A DNA stretch of 64,000 nt from contig OY843751.1 in the NCBI GenBank assembly GCA_963693055.1, positions 3,040,001 to 3,104,000 of the forward strand, in the 5' to 3' direction. The notes beneath the pieces were generated by a model, which made no database searches, was not told the origin of the DNA, and saw only the letters and a program-made list of their open reading frames with translations. The translations under genes and the position numbers were made by a program. Source of the DNA: a bacterium (GTDB taxonomy: Bacteria > Zhuqueibacterota > Zhuqueibacteria > Residuimicrobiales > Krinioviventaceae). Below, in pieces: positions 1 to 9,185 of the stretch. The stretch's first letter is position 1; the number at the start of each line of letters is the position of its first letter.

Positions 1-68
1 GTCATCCTTTGTGAACCGCCTAAACCCAAAGGTGGAAAGTAATATGAAAGTACAAGAACCTTTTTCAT
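1..68 (-). CDS. Glycosyltransferase family 4, N-terminal fragment (continues beyond window start)
   Basis: Manual translation from ATG at 68: MKKVLVLSYYFPPLGLGGSQRM, a typical GT4 N-terminal YYFPP-GG motif. The ATG overlaps the TGA of the upstream gene. Not in the ORF track. Confidence 0.75.
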   Translation of the reverse strand, partial: MKKVLVLSYYFPPLGLGGSQRM

Positions 69-943
69 CAATACTTTCTCCCCAGGGTAAGATAAGTTTT
101 TTCGTAAATCTTGTATCCCAACCATAGAACATGATTGAATGGCTTGTCTTGCATTTTTTTCCAGCGTTCAGCAATTTCTAAAAAACGGTTATTCTGAAAT
201 ACGCGTCCCAGTGCTAACATTTGTCGAACATGGAGTTCATGATACATGTGCGAAGCAGGACGTTTAATTGTAAAAAGATCATAACGGGTCCAAAATCCCA
301 TATCCCATTTCTGCCAATGCTCAAGAATTGTATTGGCTCCCTTGTTAGCAAGATCATTCCATTGAGATTCGTTGCTATATAAAGCAAAATCCTTAACTCC
401 TAAAAGCGCAAAAATAAATCCATTCAAAACATGCGGGGCAGGCATTGCAGGATATTCTTGAAAAACAGGACTATTATTATCAATATAATCAGTCACTCCC
501 TGATTCAAAACAGGATAAAGAAATGTTTGAATAGCCTGTTCTGCAATATCTACATATTTTTCATTTCGGGTTTCCTGATATGCTCGCAACAAGAGAGAAA
601 CAGCTTCTCCCTGTGCCATTCCAGATATCCACGGAGGTTTGGGGCCATATAGAGGGAGTTGAAAATCCATGATCCAGGCCAAGGTGCCATTTTTCCAGGA
701 TCTTGCATTCTCCACCAACCAGTCTGCACAATGCATCGCCAAATGGGTAGAATGCTTGTAATCCAATTCTTCTCGAAAACTGAAATGATGCAAACCAAAC
801 TGAGAAATGGTAATAGGATTATATTTCAATCCAATATTTCCACCATAATCTACTCTGGGTAATCCGTCAGAATCAAAACTATATTCATCAAAGTCTTCCA
901 GACCGCGCCAGTCAACAGGATATTTATAAGGTATATCAGCCAT
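68..943 (-). CDS. D-glucuronyl C5-epimerase family protein
   Basis: Motifs YNPITISQFGL, WISGMAQG, FQEYP, HVLNGFIFALLG, RYDL and YHELHVRQ of the C5-epimerase catalytic domain. Confidence 0.85.
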   Translation of the reverse strand: MADIPYKYPVDWRGLEDFDEYSFDSDGLPRVDYGGNIGLKYNPITISQFGLHHFSFREELDYKHSTHLAMHCADWLVENARSWKNGTLAWIMDFQLPLYGPKPPWISGMAQGEAVSLLLRAYQETRNEKYVDIAEQAIQTFLYPVLNQGVTDYIDNNSPVFQEYPAMPAPHVLNGFIFALLGVKDFALYSNESQWNDLANKGANTILEHWQKWDMGFWTRYDLFTIKRPASHMYHELHVRQMLALGRVFQNNRFLEIAERWKKMQDKPFNHVLWLGYKIYEKTYLTLGRKY

Positions 944-968
944 TCATTTCCCGGTTAATCAAATATTT

Positions 969-997
969 AAAATACAAAAAAAATATGAGGAATGCAA
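969..997 (-). promoter_or_regulatory. Putative sigma70 promoter for the epimerase/GT4 genes
   Basis: TTGCAT-N17-TATTTT on the minus strand; the same pattern recurs upstream of other genes in the window. Confidence 0.4.
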
Positions 998-1018
998 GAG
1001 AGGTAAAAACAATACAAT

Positions 1019-1735
1019 TTATAATAAATAATCTGGCTTTACATGCTTCATGGATTGAAAAATATTTTCCCGGGCACCATGGTGGTCTTGCTCAATTTTA
1101 TAAAGTAATTCTTTAACATATTGTCGCTGCGAATGTCCATCCGTAGGGCATTCCTGATCAAAACATGGAATTGCATTTTCTACAGCATAATTTTTTATCA
1201 TTTTCTCGCTTACAAACAACAAGGGTCTAATAATATGAAATTTCCCCTTGAGGATTTCCAATTTGGGGGGCATGGTACTAATATTTCGACTGAATATCAT
1301 ATTCAATAACAACGTTTCCACTATATCATCTTTATGGTGTCCAAAAACAACTTTATTACAATTCAACTCTTCAGCAGTTTCGAATATCTTTTTACGACGG
1401 ATACGTGTACACAAAAAACATGGATTTTCCAGATTTTCTTCACTATGCGAATATGGGCCAATGCTTGTCCTGATAATTTTAGCTTCTACACTAAGGGAAT
1501 CAAAATAATCCTGCATAATCTTGCATCGGTTATCTGCATTTTCGCCAAATCCCATATCCACATAAAATGCAAACAGTTTTATATCTTTACCATAAATAAA
1601 AGAACGGTGCTTTAATACTTTTAATAAAGACATAGAATCTGCACCACCGGAAACACATACTAACACCCTGTCTCCTTTTTCAAGCAGATTATATTCCCAT
1701 ATTGCTTTGTCTAATCTAGAAAAAAGTTTTTTCAA
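1019..1735 (-). CDS. ttcA: tRNA 2-thiocytidine(32) synthetase TtcA family
   Basis: PP-loop SGGADS, CFLC motif, GHHKDD, IIRPL and a C-terminal CP. Confidence 0.85.
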   Translation of the reverse strand: MKKLFSRLDKAIWEYNLLEKGDRVLVCVSGGADSMSLLKVLKHRSFIYGKDIKLFAFYVDMGFGENADNRCKIMQDYFDSLSVEAKIIRTSIGPYSHSEENLENPCFLCTRIRRKKIFETAEELNCNKVVFGHHKDDIVETLLLNMIFSRNISTMPPKLEILKGKFHIIRPLLFVSEKMIKNYAVENAIPCFDQECPTDGHSQRQYVKELLYKIEQDHHGARENIFQSMKHVKPDYLL

Positions 1736-3810
1736 AAACCAGCTTCCTGTCGTTTATTGGCAATAACCTGTTCCAACTTTTCAATGAAAGCTTGTGCTTG
1801 CTTACGGCCGCCATGAACTCTTCCATCAGACAGTTCTATACCCTTTTTCACTTCAACAAATCCAATACTTAATTTGCCTTCCTTAATATGGGCCAGACCC
1901 TGTTGATACAAAACTTCAGCAAGTTTTGCAGTATCATTAATTTCAAGTGCTGTGTTTACACCATTGTCAAAATATTGCTGTGCGGCGTTCCAGTTTTGCA
2001 ATTGTGCCTCTAATTCTCCTAGGTAACGATAACTGTCAATCATTAGAGGATAATTTTTTAAAAGCCTTCCATTCTGCAATGCTTTTTGCAAAAATGGATT
2101 TGCCTCAACATATTGTTTATTTTTTAGAGTTATAACGCCCAAATTAAGATCAATATATGAGGTATAAAATTTATCATCAAGCATTTCAAAATAATTTTTG
2201 GCAACAATGAAATCGTTTTTAGCTGTTTGCAAATTATTCAAAGCCAAATGAACCAATCCCAGTTCATAACGGGCACGTGCAATATCAGGTTCACTTTGCA
2301 AACCATTGGCCATTGCCAAATATCGTTTAGCAGCAATTTCCGCTTTATCCAATGCATTTACTTTTCTATATATATAAGACAATTTACTCTGTGGAAGCAT
2401 TGCTCTAAATGTATCTTTTAAATAAGCGTACTGTTTTACACTTTTTTCATGATGAAGAATCGCCAAAGATAGATCCTTTTTAATCTCGAACAAAAGCCCC
2501 AAATTATAATGAATTTCAGCAACACTTGCAGAATCCACTGGCGGATTTTTTTGGTTCAATAAATCCTGATATATCTTTTCAACAGTTGACCATTGCTGTT
2601 GCAAACCTGCTTGTTTAGCTTCCTCAATTCTGCATAAATTTTCACCAAATTGATCATTCAAAGCTCGAAAAGAAGCTCTGGCATAATCAAGCATTTGTAT
2701 GGATTGATCAAAGCTGTAAATGGTACGACAAAATGCTGCGAAATTTAATCCAATCCAGGGTTTTAATGGCGATGCAGCTTCTAAAAATCGATAAATCATG
2801 TTATAATTATCGAATAATTGTTGTTTAAATACATCCGTTGTCATGAGCCCTGAAACCCAGTTGTGATGCATTATCTGTGTTCTGTAAATAAATAATGGTA
2901 AATTGGTCTTGTTCAACTCCAATTGTGTTAACGCACCATTGTCGTTCAAGACTATTGAACAAAAAGTATTTGGATTAAATTGATCAGCACCCTGCTGAAA
3001 GCTGAAAAAAGGTTCAATAAGGGGCACATGAGGATATTCAACTTGCAGTGCCGGAGTATTGGGGCTTGAATATGGAAATACCATTGTAACAGGTTCATTT
3101 TTCTTTTTAGAAAAATCCAATGCAAAACGGGCTGAATATTGATTTGTCATATTGGCCATATCCATAGCAGATAGATCTTTGCTGGAAATCATTTTATATT
3201 TTAGAGAACCATTCCAATAAGCACTTTTATTATCAAAAAAGGTATTATTGATTACATCCAATGTTTTTGATAATAGAATATTTTTAGAATCATCTGTAAA
3301 CAAGAGGATACCAAAATCAGTGTTTTCAAAGGAAACACCATATTGACCCCATTGATTATTTACCAGATTTTCATATATACTGATCTGAGAAGTAATATTG
3401 CTAATTACAGAAGACGCTTTCAAATTCTGCAAACCAACTTTTTTTTCGTTTAATACAATACCAGATGGAAACTCTAATAAATGCATTGAAAACAAATTAT
3501 CTTCAGCATTTACAAAAAGTAATAAATCCAGATTTTTCTCATTGTGGTATTCAAATAAATTCACCGGACTTATAATTTGTGCAAAATCAATTGAAAAAGG
3601 GATTTTGAAATCTTTATCAGGATAAATATTTTCATTCAATCGTAAGTAATTTGAATTTTTAATCCCTGATTTTAATTGATCAAAATATGCGGCCATCTCA
3701 CCAGTCCATAATGTATCCTTTCCCCTTTTTATTATTGCAATATTTACAGGTTTGGCAATAACCTGCAATGATAAAAACAATATGATAACTACAAAAAATA
3801 CTTTACGCAT
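1732..3810 (-). CDS. Exported protein with C-terminal TPR repeats
   Basis: Signal peptide MRKVFFVVIILFLSLQVIA; TPR helices in the C-terminal half (AEIHYNLG, ARARYELG); start set at the ATG after GGAGGG. Confidence 0.7.
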   Translation of the reverse strand: MRKVFFVVIILFLSLQVIAKPVNIAIIKRGKDTLWTGEMAAYFDQLKSGIKNSNYLRLNENIYPDKDFKIPFSIDFAQIISPVNLFEYHNEKNLDLLLFVNAEDNLFSMHLLEFPSGIVLNEKKVGLQNLKASSVISNITSQISIYENLVNNQWGQYGVSFENTDFGILLFTDDSKNILLSKTLDVINNTFFDNKSAYWNGSLKYKMISSKDLSAMDMANMTNQYSARFALDFSKKKNEPVTMVFPYSSPNTPALQVEYPHVPLIEPFFSFQQGADQFNPNTFCSIVLNDNGALTQLELNKTNLPLFIYRTQIMHHNWVSGLMTTDVFKQQLFDNYNMIYRFLEAASPLKPWIGLNFAAFCRTIYSFDQSIQMLDYARASFRALNDQFGENLCRIEEAKQAGLQQQWSTVEKIYQDLLNQKNPPVDSASVAEIHYNLGLLFEIKKDLSLAILHHEKSVKQYAYLKDTFRAMLPQSKLSYIYRKVNALDKAEIAAKRYLAMANGLQSEPDIARARYELGLVHLALNNLQTAKNDFIVAKNYFEMLDDKFYTSYIDLNLGVITLKNKQYVEANPFLQKALQNGRLLKNYPLMIDSYRYLGELEAQLQNWNAAQQYFDNGVNTALEINDTAKLAEVLYQQGLAHIKEGKLSIGFVEVKKGIELSDGRVHGGRKQAQAFIEKLEQVIANKRQEAGF

Positions 3811-3831
3811 CACACCCTCCATTATAATGTA

Positions 3832-5025
3832 TTAATCCCGAATCCATTGTGAGTCATAACGAGTTTGTAACAGACTGGCACGCGTTATGGATTGTTCTCC
3901 AAATTTTTCTCTTACTTTATCCAGTACTGAATCTATTTGCTTATCAGACTGTTTTATCTTTTCAAAAAGATCCATCTGCTTTTCATTTTTTTCAAGATGA
4001 GATAATGAAACACCAAGCAGCCTGACTTTGGACGTTCTTTCAAAAGAGTAAAACATATCTTTTATCTGATCAAACAGTTCATTCGTTGAGGAAATGACCA
4101 TTGAAAACGAACGTGAGCGGGTAAAAGTACTGAAATCAGATAACCGAATTTTCATAGTTACTGTTTTACCCCACAATTGTTTTCGACGCATTTCTCTGCA
4201 CAACTCTGTACATATAAATAACAAAGTTTGAATCAATTTATTTTCATCATCTTGGTCATGTTCAAAAGTAATTTCTTTACTAATGGATTTTGCTGCTGTA
4301 TATGACTCAATCTGCCTGTTATCTTTGCCATTAGCAAGCTGCCAGAAATGGAGTCCTGATTTTCCAAACTTTTTTATTATTTCCTGTTGCGAATGCTGTG
4401 CCAAATCGCCAATGGTTCGAATACCCATTTTCTGCATATGCGGCAGTGTTTTCTTTCCAACTCCCCATAATTTAGAAATATCCAATGGTGAAAGAAATTC
4501 CATTACCTTATCTTCTTCAACAACTACCAGACCATTCGGTTTTTCCAGATCAGAAGCTATTTTTGCTAAAAACATGCTGGGGGCAATACCAACAGAAGCA
4601 GTAAGTTGGGTTTCATCATATATTTGTTTTTTAAGAGCTATTGCAGTATCTCTGGGTGTTTTGTAAAATTTATATGTATTGGAAATATCAAGAAAAGCTT
4701 CGTCAATACTCAAAGGCTGCATATCTGGAGAATAAGATCCCAATATTTTCATAATCTGCTTGGATACGCGCGCATATTGAGCGCCACGGGTGTGAACATA
4801 TATACCATGGGGACACAATCTATATGCCTGAGATATGGGCATTGCTGAATGAATACCAAATTTTCGAGCCTCATAACTGCATGTAGATACTACTCCCCTG
4901 CCTTTCCCTTTTTTGGGATCAGAACCTACAATTACCGGTTTACCACGATATTCCGGATTGTCTCGCTGTTCAATCGCAGCAAAAAAGGCATCCATATCAA
5001 GATGTAAGATGATACGAGGTTTCAT
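3832..5025 (-). CDS. dinB: DNA polymerase IV (Y-family)
   Basis: HLDMDAFFAAIEQ, SYEARKFG, SIDEAFLD, AKIASDLEKPNG; C-terminal clamp-binding-like QMDLF. Confidence 0.95.
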   Translation of the reverse strand: MKPRIILHLDMDAFFAAIEQRDNPEYRGKPVIVGSDPKKGKGRGVVSTCSYEARKFGIHSAMPISQAYRLCPHGIYVHTRGAQYARVSKQIMKILGSYSPDMQPLSIDEAFLDISNTYKFYKTPRDTAIALKKQIYDETQLTASVGIAPSMFLAKIASDLEKPNGLVVVEEDKVMEFLSPLDISKLWGVGKKTLPHMQKMGIRTIGDLAQHSQQEIIKKFGKSGLHFWQLANGKDNRQIESYTAAKSISKEITFEHDQDDENKLIQTLLFICTELCREMRRKQLWGKTVTMKIRLSDFSTFTRSRSFSMVISSTNELFDQIKDMFYSFERTSKVRLLGVSLSHLEKNEKQMDLFEKIKQSDKQIDSVLDKVREKFGEQSITRASLLQTRYDSQWIRD

Positions 5026-5840
5026 TATTTTGGCTTTTGCATGACTATAAAAGAACGTACCCCATTAGGTATAATTTTGATCAGTACACGGTCAAGATAA
5101 AGAAAATGGGTTACGTTGTAAATAAAATTGGTAAACCGATGAAAAAAAGATTCATTCCAAATTGCAAATGCTTCAGATCTGATATATTTATTCAAGATCC
5201 TACAACTCAACAACAAAATTACAGGTAACTTTGTTGCATATTTGACTTCTTTTTCAAATGATCCAAATTTTAAAGCCTGCAAGCCTTCTTTTTCTGCCAT
5301 TTCCACCAGCTCATAGGGTTTGTAAGCAGTATGAAAATAGCTGTCGCCGCATTCGCAATCCACATCGTATGTTGTTAAAGATCCTACTGCCATATAAGTG
5401 GGACGAGTACGGTTAAAATTCGGGGTTGTAAGTAACGCAATACCACCAGGTTTAAGTACAGTGGCTATGCCGTTAAATATTTCCTGAGGATTTAAACAAT
5501 GTTCCAATACTTCGCTGCACAAAACATGATCAACACTGCTTTCAGAAATACACAGCTTTTCGGCATCAGAAACTGCAAGGTTGACTGGTTTTTCCCGATG
5601 TGCCTGTTTCAACACACTAAAACTGAGATCGATCCCAAAACGGGAACCATTATCGTAATGCTGTAAATACATCCCCCGATTGGTACCAATCTCTAACAAA
5701 GATCCCTTGAAAGAGTTTAAATATTTTAATACAAATCGCTTGCGAAGTTTTCCACGAAGCGTTTGATAAACAATCTCTTCTTCAGGGTATTTTTCGCCAC
5801 ACTGTTCATAAAACTTTTTCAAAGCTGTTTTTTCATCCAT
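5025..5840 (-). CDS. Class I SAM-dependent methyltransferase
   Basis: LLEIGTNRG motif I, DHVLCSEVLEH, LKPGG..LTTPN; alternative start at 5849. Confidence 0.8.
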   Translation of the reverse strand: MDEKTALKKFYEQCGEKYPEEEIVYQTLRGKLRKRFVLKYLNSFKGSLLEIGTNRGMYLQHYDNGSRFGIDLSFSVLKQAHREKPVNLAVSDAEKLCISESSVDHVLCSEVLEHCLNPQEIFNGIATVLKPGGIALLTTPNFNRTRPTYMAVGSLTTYDVDCECGDSYFHTAYKPYELVEMAEKEGLQALKFGSFEKEVKYATKLPVILLLSCRILNKYIRSEAFAIWNESFFHRFTNFIYNVTHFLYLDRVLIKIIPNGVRSFIVMQKPK

Positions 5841-7338
5841 TCTTAACATTCCTCAAAACGGGTAATCCCAATAGAATGGATTTCATTTTACTCAATTCGG
5901 ATGGTTCAAAGAACCGCATAACAAAGAGTAATACCGGAAATGCGAATAGCAGTAAAGATTTCAATATCAAGCTGCTTGCAATCCAGGGTTGAATACCCAA
6001 AACATATACAACAGCTGCCGCAATTACAATTTTTATTACACGCATCCATTCGTACTCTATTTTGTAAAGCTTGGCGGCTACTGTATAAAGAGAAATTGAC
6101 ATAATAATATAAGCAATAACCCGTGCCCACGCTGCTCCCATAATCCCTAAAACGGGTATAAGAGTAACGTTTGCTATTACATTACCCAACATACCTGCGA
6201 TGGTAATAAATGGTAAATATTTTGTTTTTTTATAAAGATAAATTCCAATAATAAAATTTAAATATGCAGCGTAAAATATATAGGCCAGAAAAATAACAGG
6301 AACAACCTTTGTAGCTGGCCAAAAATCAGATCCAAGAATAGTAAAACCACCAATATTGAGTCTTACAATATCTTCAATAAAAAGAGTTAATCCCACATAT
6401 ACAGCAAAGCAAGAAAGAATGACATAGGTAAAGACTTTTTGAAAAATTGCTTTGGCATTATCCTGTTTTGATGTAGCCAAAAAATAGGGATGCCAGGCAA
6501 ACCGAAAAGCGGTAACAAACAAGGCCATAAACATTCCCAGTTTTGCGCCCTGGCTGTAGAGCCCCGCTGCATCAATACTATCCATGCGTTCAAGCAAAGG
6601 CCTGTCTATAGTATCCATTAGTGAAACAGATAATGTTGATGGCAGGTATGGCAATCCAAAAGCAAGCAGCTCTTTCAAAGTAGAAACAGACAAGGTGAAT
6701 CTAAAACGCTTGATAATAATGGGTAATTGTAAAATGACTGTTAGAAATGAGGCCCAAAAGTTTGCTAAAAAGATTCCTTCAATACCACTTTTTAATCCCA
6801 GGATGTAAACAGCATTAAACGTAACATTAATTATTACATTCAAAAATTTGAAAAAGATAAACATAACAGGACGTTCTTCAGCCCTTAATGCCAGAAAAGG
6901 CATAAAAGACAAGGCATCAAAAAACAAGATTCCACATATGATCTTTATCAAATATGTCAGATCAATATTTAACGCATGGGTCTGTTCATCAAATAGTATA
7001 TTTGCAAAAAAACCGGAATTAAAAAACAAAACAAGTGTAAACAAGATGGATGTTATAAAGATTGTCAAAAACGCGGTGGACATGATGCGTTTTTTGCCTT
7101 CCTCTGAATCTTCAAGGATGTAGAAACGGAAAAAAGCCGTGTCCAAACCATAGGTATAAATAATCGTAAAAACTGCAAGGTAAGCAAATAAAACGCCGGC
7201 TACACCCATCTCTGCTTCATTAAATAGATTGGTATGTAATGGCAGCAATAAAAATACAATCATACGATTGACAATATGTCCAATTCCATATACCGCCGAA
7301 TGCTTGAACAAGCGTTTTATGCTGTTAAAAATTGACAT
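5833..7338 (-). CDS. Oligosaccharide flippase (Wzx/MOP family)
   Basis: Many TM helices; LFKHSAVYG, LLLPLHT, GLDTAFFRF, LIPVLGIMGAAWA. Confidence 0.85.
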   Translation of the reverse strand: MSIFNSIKRLFKHSAVYGIGHIVNRMIVFLLLPLHTNLFNEAEMGVAGVLFAYLAVFTIIYTYGLDTAFFRFYILEDSEEGKKRIMSTAFLTIFITSILFTLVLFFNSGFFANILFDEQTHALNIDLTYLIKIICGILFFDALSFMPFLALRAEERPVMFIFFKFLNVIINVTFNAVYILGLKSGIEGIFLANFWASFLTVILQLPIIIKRFRFTLSVSTLKELLAFGLPYLPSTLSVSLMDTIDRPLLERMDSIDAAGLYSQGAKLGMFMALFVTAFRFAWHPYFLATSKQDNAKAIFQKVFTYVILSCFAVYVGLTLFIEDIVRLNIGGFTILGSDFWPATKVVPVIFLAYIFYAAYLNFIIGIYLYKKTKYLPFITIAGMLGNVIANVTLIPVLGIMGAAWARVIAYIIMSISLYTVAAKLYKIEYEWMRVIKIVIAAAVVYVLGIQPWIASSLILKSLLLFAFPVLLFVMRFFEPSELSKMKSILLGLPVLRNVKNG

Positions 7339-7364
7339 CTTGGATTTCCAGTACTAATGACCTG

Positions 7365-8153
7365 TCATAACGTATACATATCAGGATGACGGTCAGTGAA
7401 TAAATTATTGAGAGGATTTAATTGTTTATTTCGTGCTTTTTCAGGATCAATCTCAACTACCTGTACATCTTCTCTTGAATCAGATGAACGAACAAGAATC
7501 TCTCCCCTGGGACCCGTTATTTGACTCGTACCTGTAAAATCCACAGAAAGCTCACCCCTTACATCAGAACCAATTCGGTTTGCGGTTACTGCATATACGC
7601 TGTTTTCAAGACATCGAGTTACCATTGCATTCTGGCAATATGGCATAACAAGATTGGCACTGTGGCAAATCAGATCTGCTCCTTGCAGTGCTAATGACCG
7701 CATAGATTCCGGAAAAATCCAGTCAAAACAGATCATCATGCCGACTTTGATTTCACCTATATCTTGAACAGAAAATGGAATATCTCCCTGATCAAAACAA
7801 ATCTTTTCTTTATTAAAAAGATGTATTTTTCTATAAACAGAAATAAATCCATCCGGACCGGACAGAAAACTTGAATTATATACATTCTCACCAGACAGTT
7901 CAGGTAATCCGGCAGAGATATAGCATTGCTTTTGTTTTGCAAAGTTTGTCAAAGCTTTACATGTAGGGCCATCTGGAATTGGTTCAGCAAAACTTGCAGA
8001 TTCATCCCGATCTTTAAAAAGGTACCCCGTATTAAACAACTCGGGAAGCACATAAAGATCAGCATCTTTAGACTGCAACAGCTCTAGTGCATGGAGAACA
8101 TTTCGTTCTACCTGACCAAAATCACAATACATTTGAACAAAAGCTACACGCAT
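7365..8153 (-). CDS. Carbon-nitrogen hydrolase (nitrilase superfamily)
   Basis: Catalytic triad motifs LPELF, YRKIHLF and ICFDW. Confidence 0.9.
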   Translation of the reverse strand: MRVAFVQMYCDFGQVERNVLHALELLQSKDADLYVLPELFNTGYLFKDRDESASFAEPIPDGPTCKALTNFAKQKQCYISAGLPELSGENVYNSSFLSGPDGFISVYRKIHLFNKEKICFDQGDIPFSVQDIGEIKVGMMICFDWIFPESMRSLALQGADLICHSANLVMPYCQNAMVTRCLENSVYAVTANRIGSDVRGELSVDFTGTSQITGPRGEILVRSSDSREDVQVVEIDPEKARNKQLNPLNNLFTDRHPDMYTL

Positions 8154-8164
8154 AAGTTCTATCC

Positions 8165-9064
8165 TTAATCCTGCACTACATTATTTGTCAAGAGCCCCAG
8201 TCCTTGAATTGTTGCTTCAATTCTGTCACCGGGTTCAATAGGTAATGTACCTTCCGGAGTTCCTGTACAAATAACGTCACCGGGTTCAAGGCTTATGTAT
8301 TGGGTAATATATTCTATCAATTCCGGTATTTTGAATACCATATCTTTGGTATTTGCTTTTTGTCGTATTTCACCGTTAACTCTGAGTTCAAGATCCAGAT
8401 TGTGGGGATCTTCAATCGCGTCAGCAGGTACCAGAAAAGGTCCCATAGGAAGGAATGTATCCATACCTTTTGGCAATGACCAGGGATGTCCTTTTTTAAT
8501 ACAATCACCCTGCATTGCACGAGCAGTAACATCATTGGCAATAGCATAACCAGCGACATATTCCATTGCTTTTTCTTGCTTAACATATTTAGCATGTTTG
8601 CCAATAACCACAGCTAATTCGATCTCATGATCAACACGTCCAATACCTTCTGGTATGCGAATATCTCCATCTACCGGCAGTAAACTGGATGGAAACTTGG
8701 AAAAAAACATGGGTTTCTCAGGCACTTTGGATTTCCACTCTTCTGCATGAGCAACATAATTTCTTCCCAGGCAAATAATTTTTGAAGGTCTTGAAATGGG
8801 TACATCAAAGCGAACATCACCTTTGATAACAAGATCATCAAGGGTACGAAATTGTTTTATTTCATCAAGTACTTCAGTTATAACACTGTTGGAAAAGTTT
8901 TCCATTTCAATCATGATCTGCAGGAAATAATAATCCGGGGTTTGCGGAGAACTTTTCAATTCTTTGAATATCTGCCAGATATAGGTAAAATCAAGACGTT
9001 TACCGTCAACCTCTACACCTATACGGGGCTGACCTTTTGTCGTAAGATATGAAAAGGCACGCAT
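8165..9064 (-). CDS. Fumarylacetoacetate hydrolase family protein
   Basis: KIICLGRNY, DHEIELAVVIG, NDVTAR, PGDVICTGTP. Confidence 0.9.
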   Translation of the reverse strand: MRAFSYLTTKGQPRIGVEVDGKRLDFTYIWQIFKELKSSPQTPDYYFLQIMIEMENFSNSVITEVLDEIKQFRTLDDLVIKGDVRFDVPISRPSKIICLGRNYVAHAEEWKSKVPEKPMFFSKFPSSLLPVDGDIRIPEGIGRVDHEIELAVVIGKHAKYVKQEKAMEYVAGYAIANDVTARAMQGDCIKKGHPWSLPKGMDTFLPMGPFLVPADAIEDPHNLDLELRVNGEIRQKANTKDMVFKIPELIEYITQYISLEPGDVICTGTPEGTLPIEPGDRIEATIQGLGLLTNNVVQD

Positions 9065-9185
9065 GCAACAAATCCTCCGGTTTGATTTATCTAAAATAAT
9101 AATTAACTTGGGACTATTATATTAAAGTAACGTGTAAAAAACAAGTTAAATATAGGCAACGTTAACAAACATTCAGAATATTATT

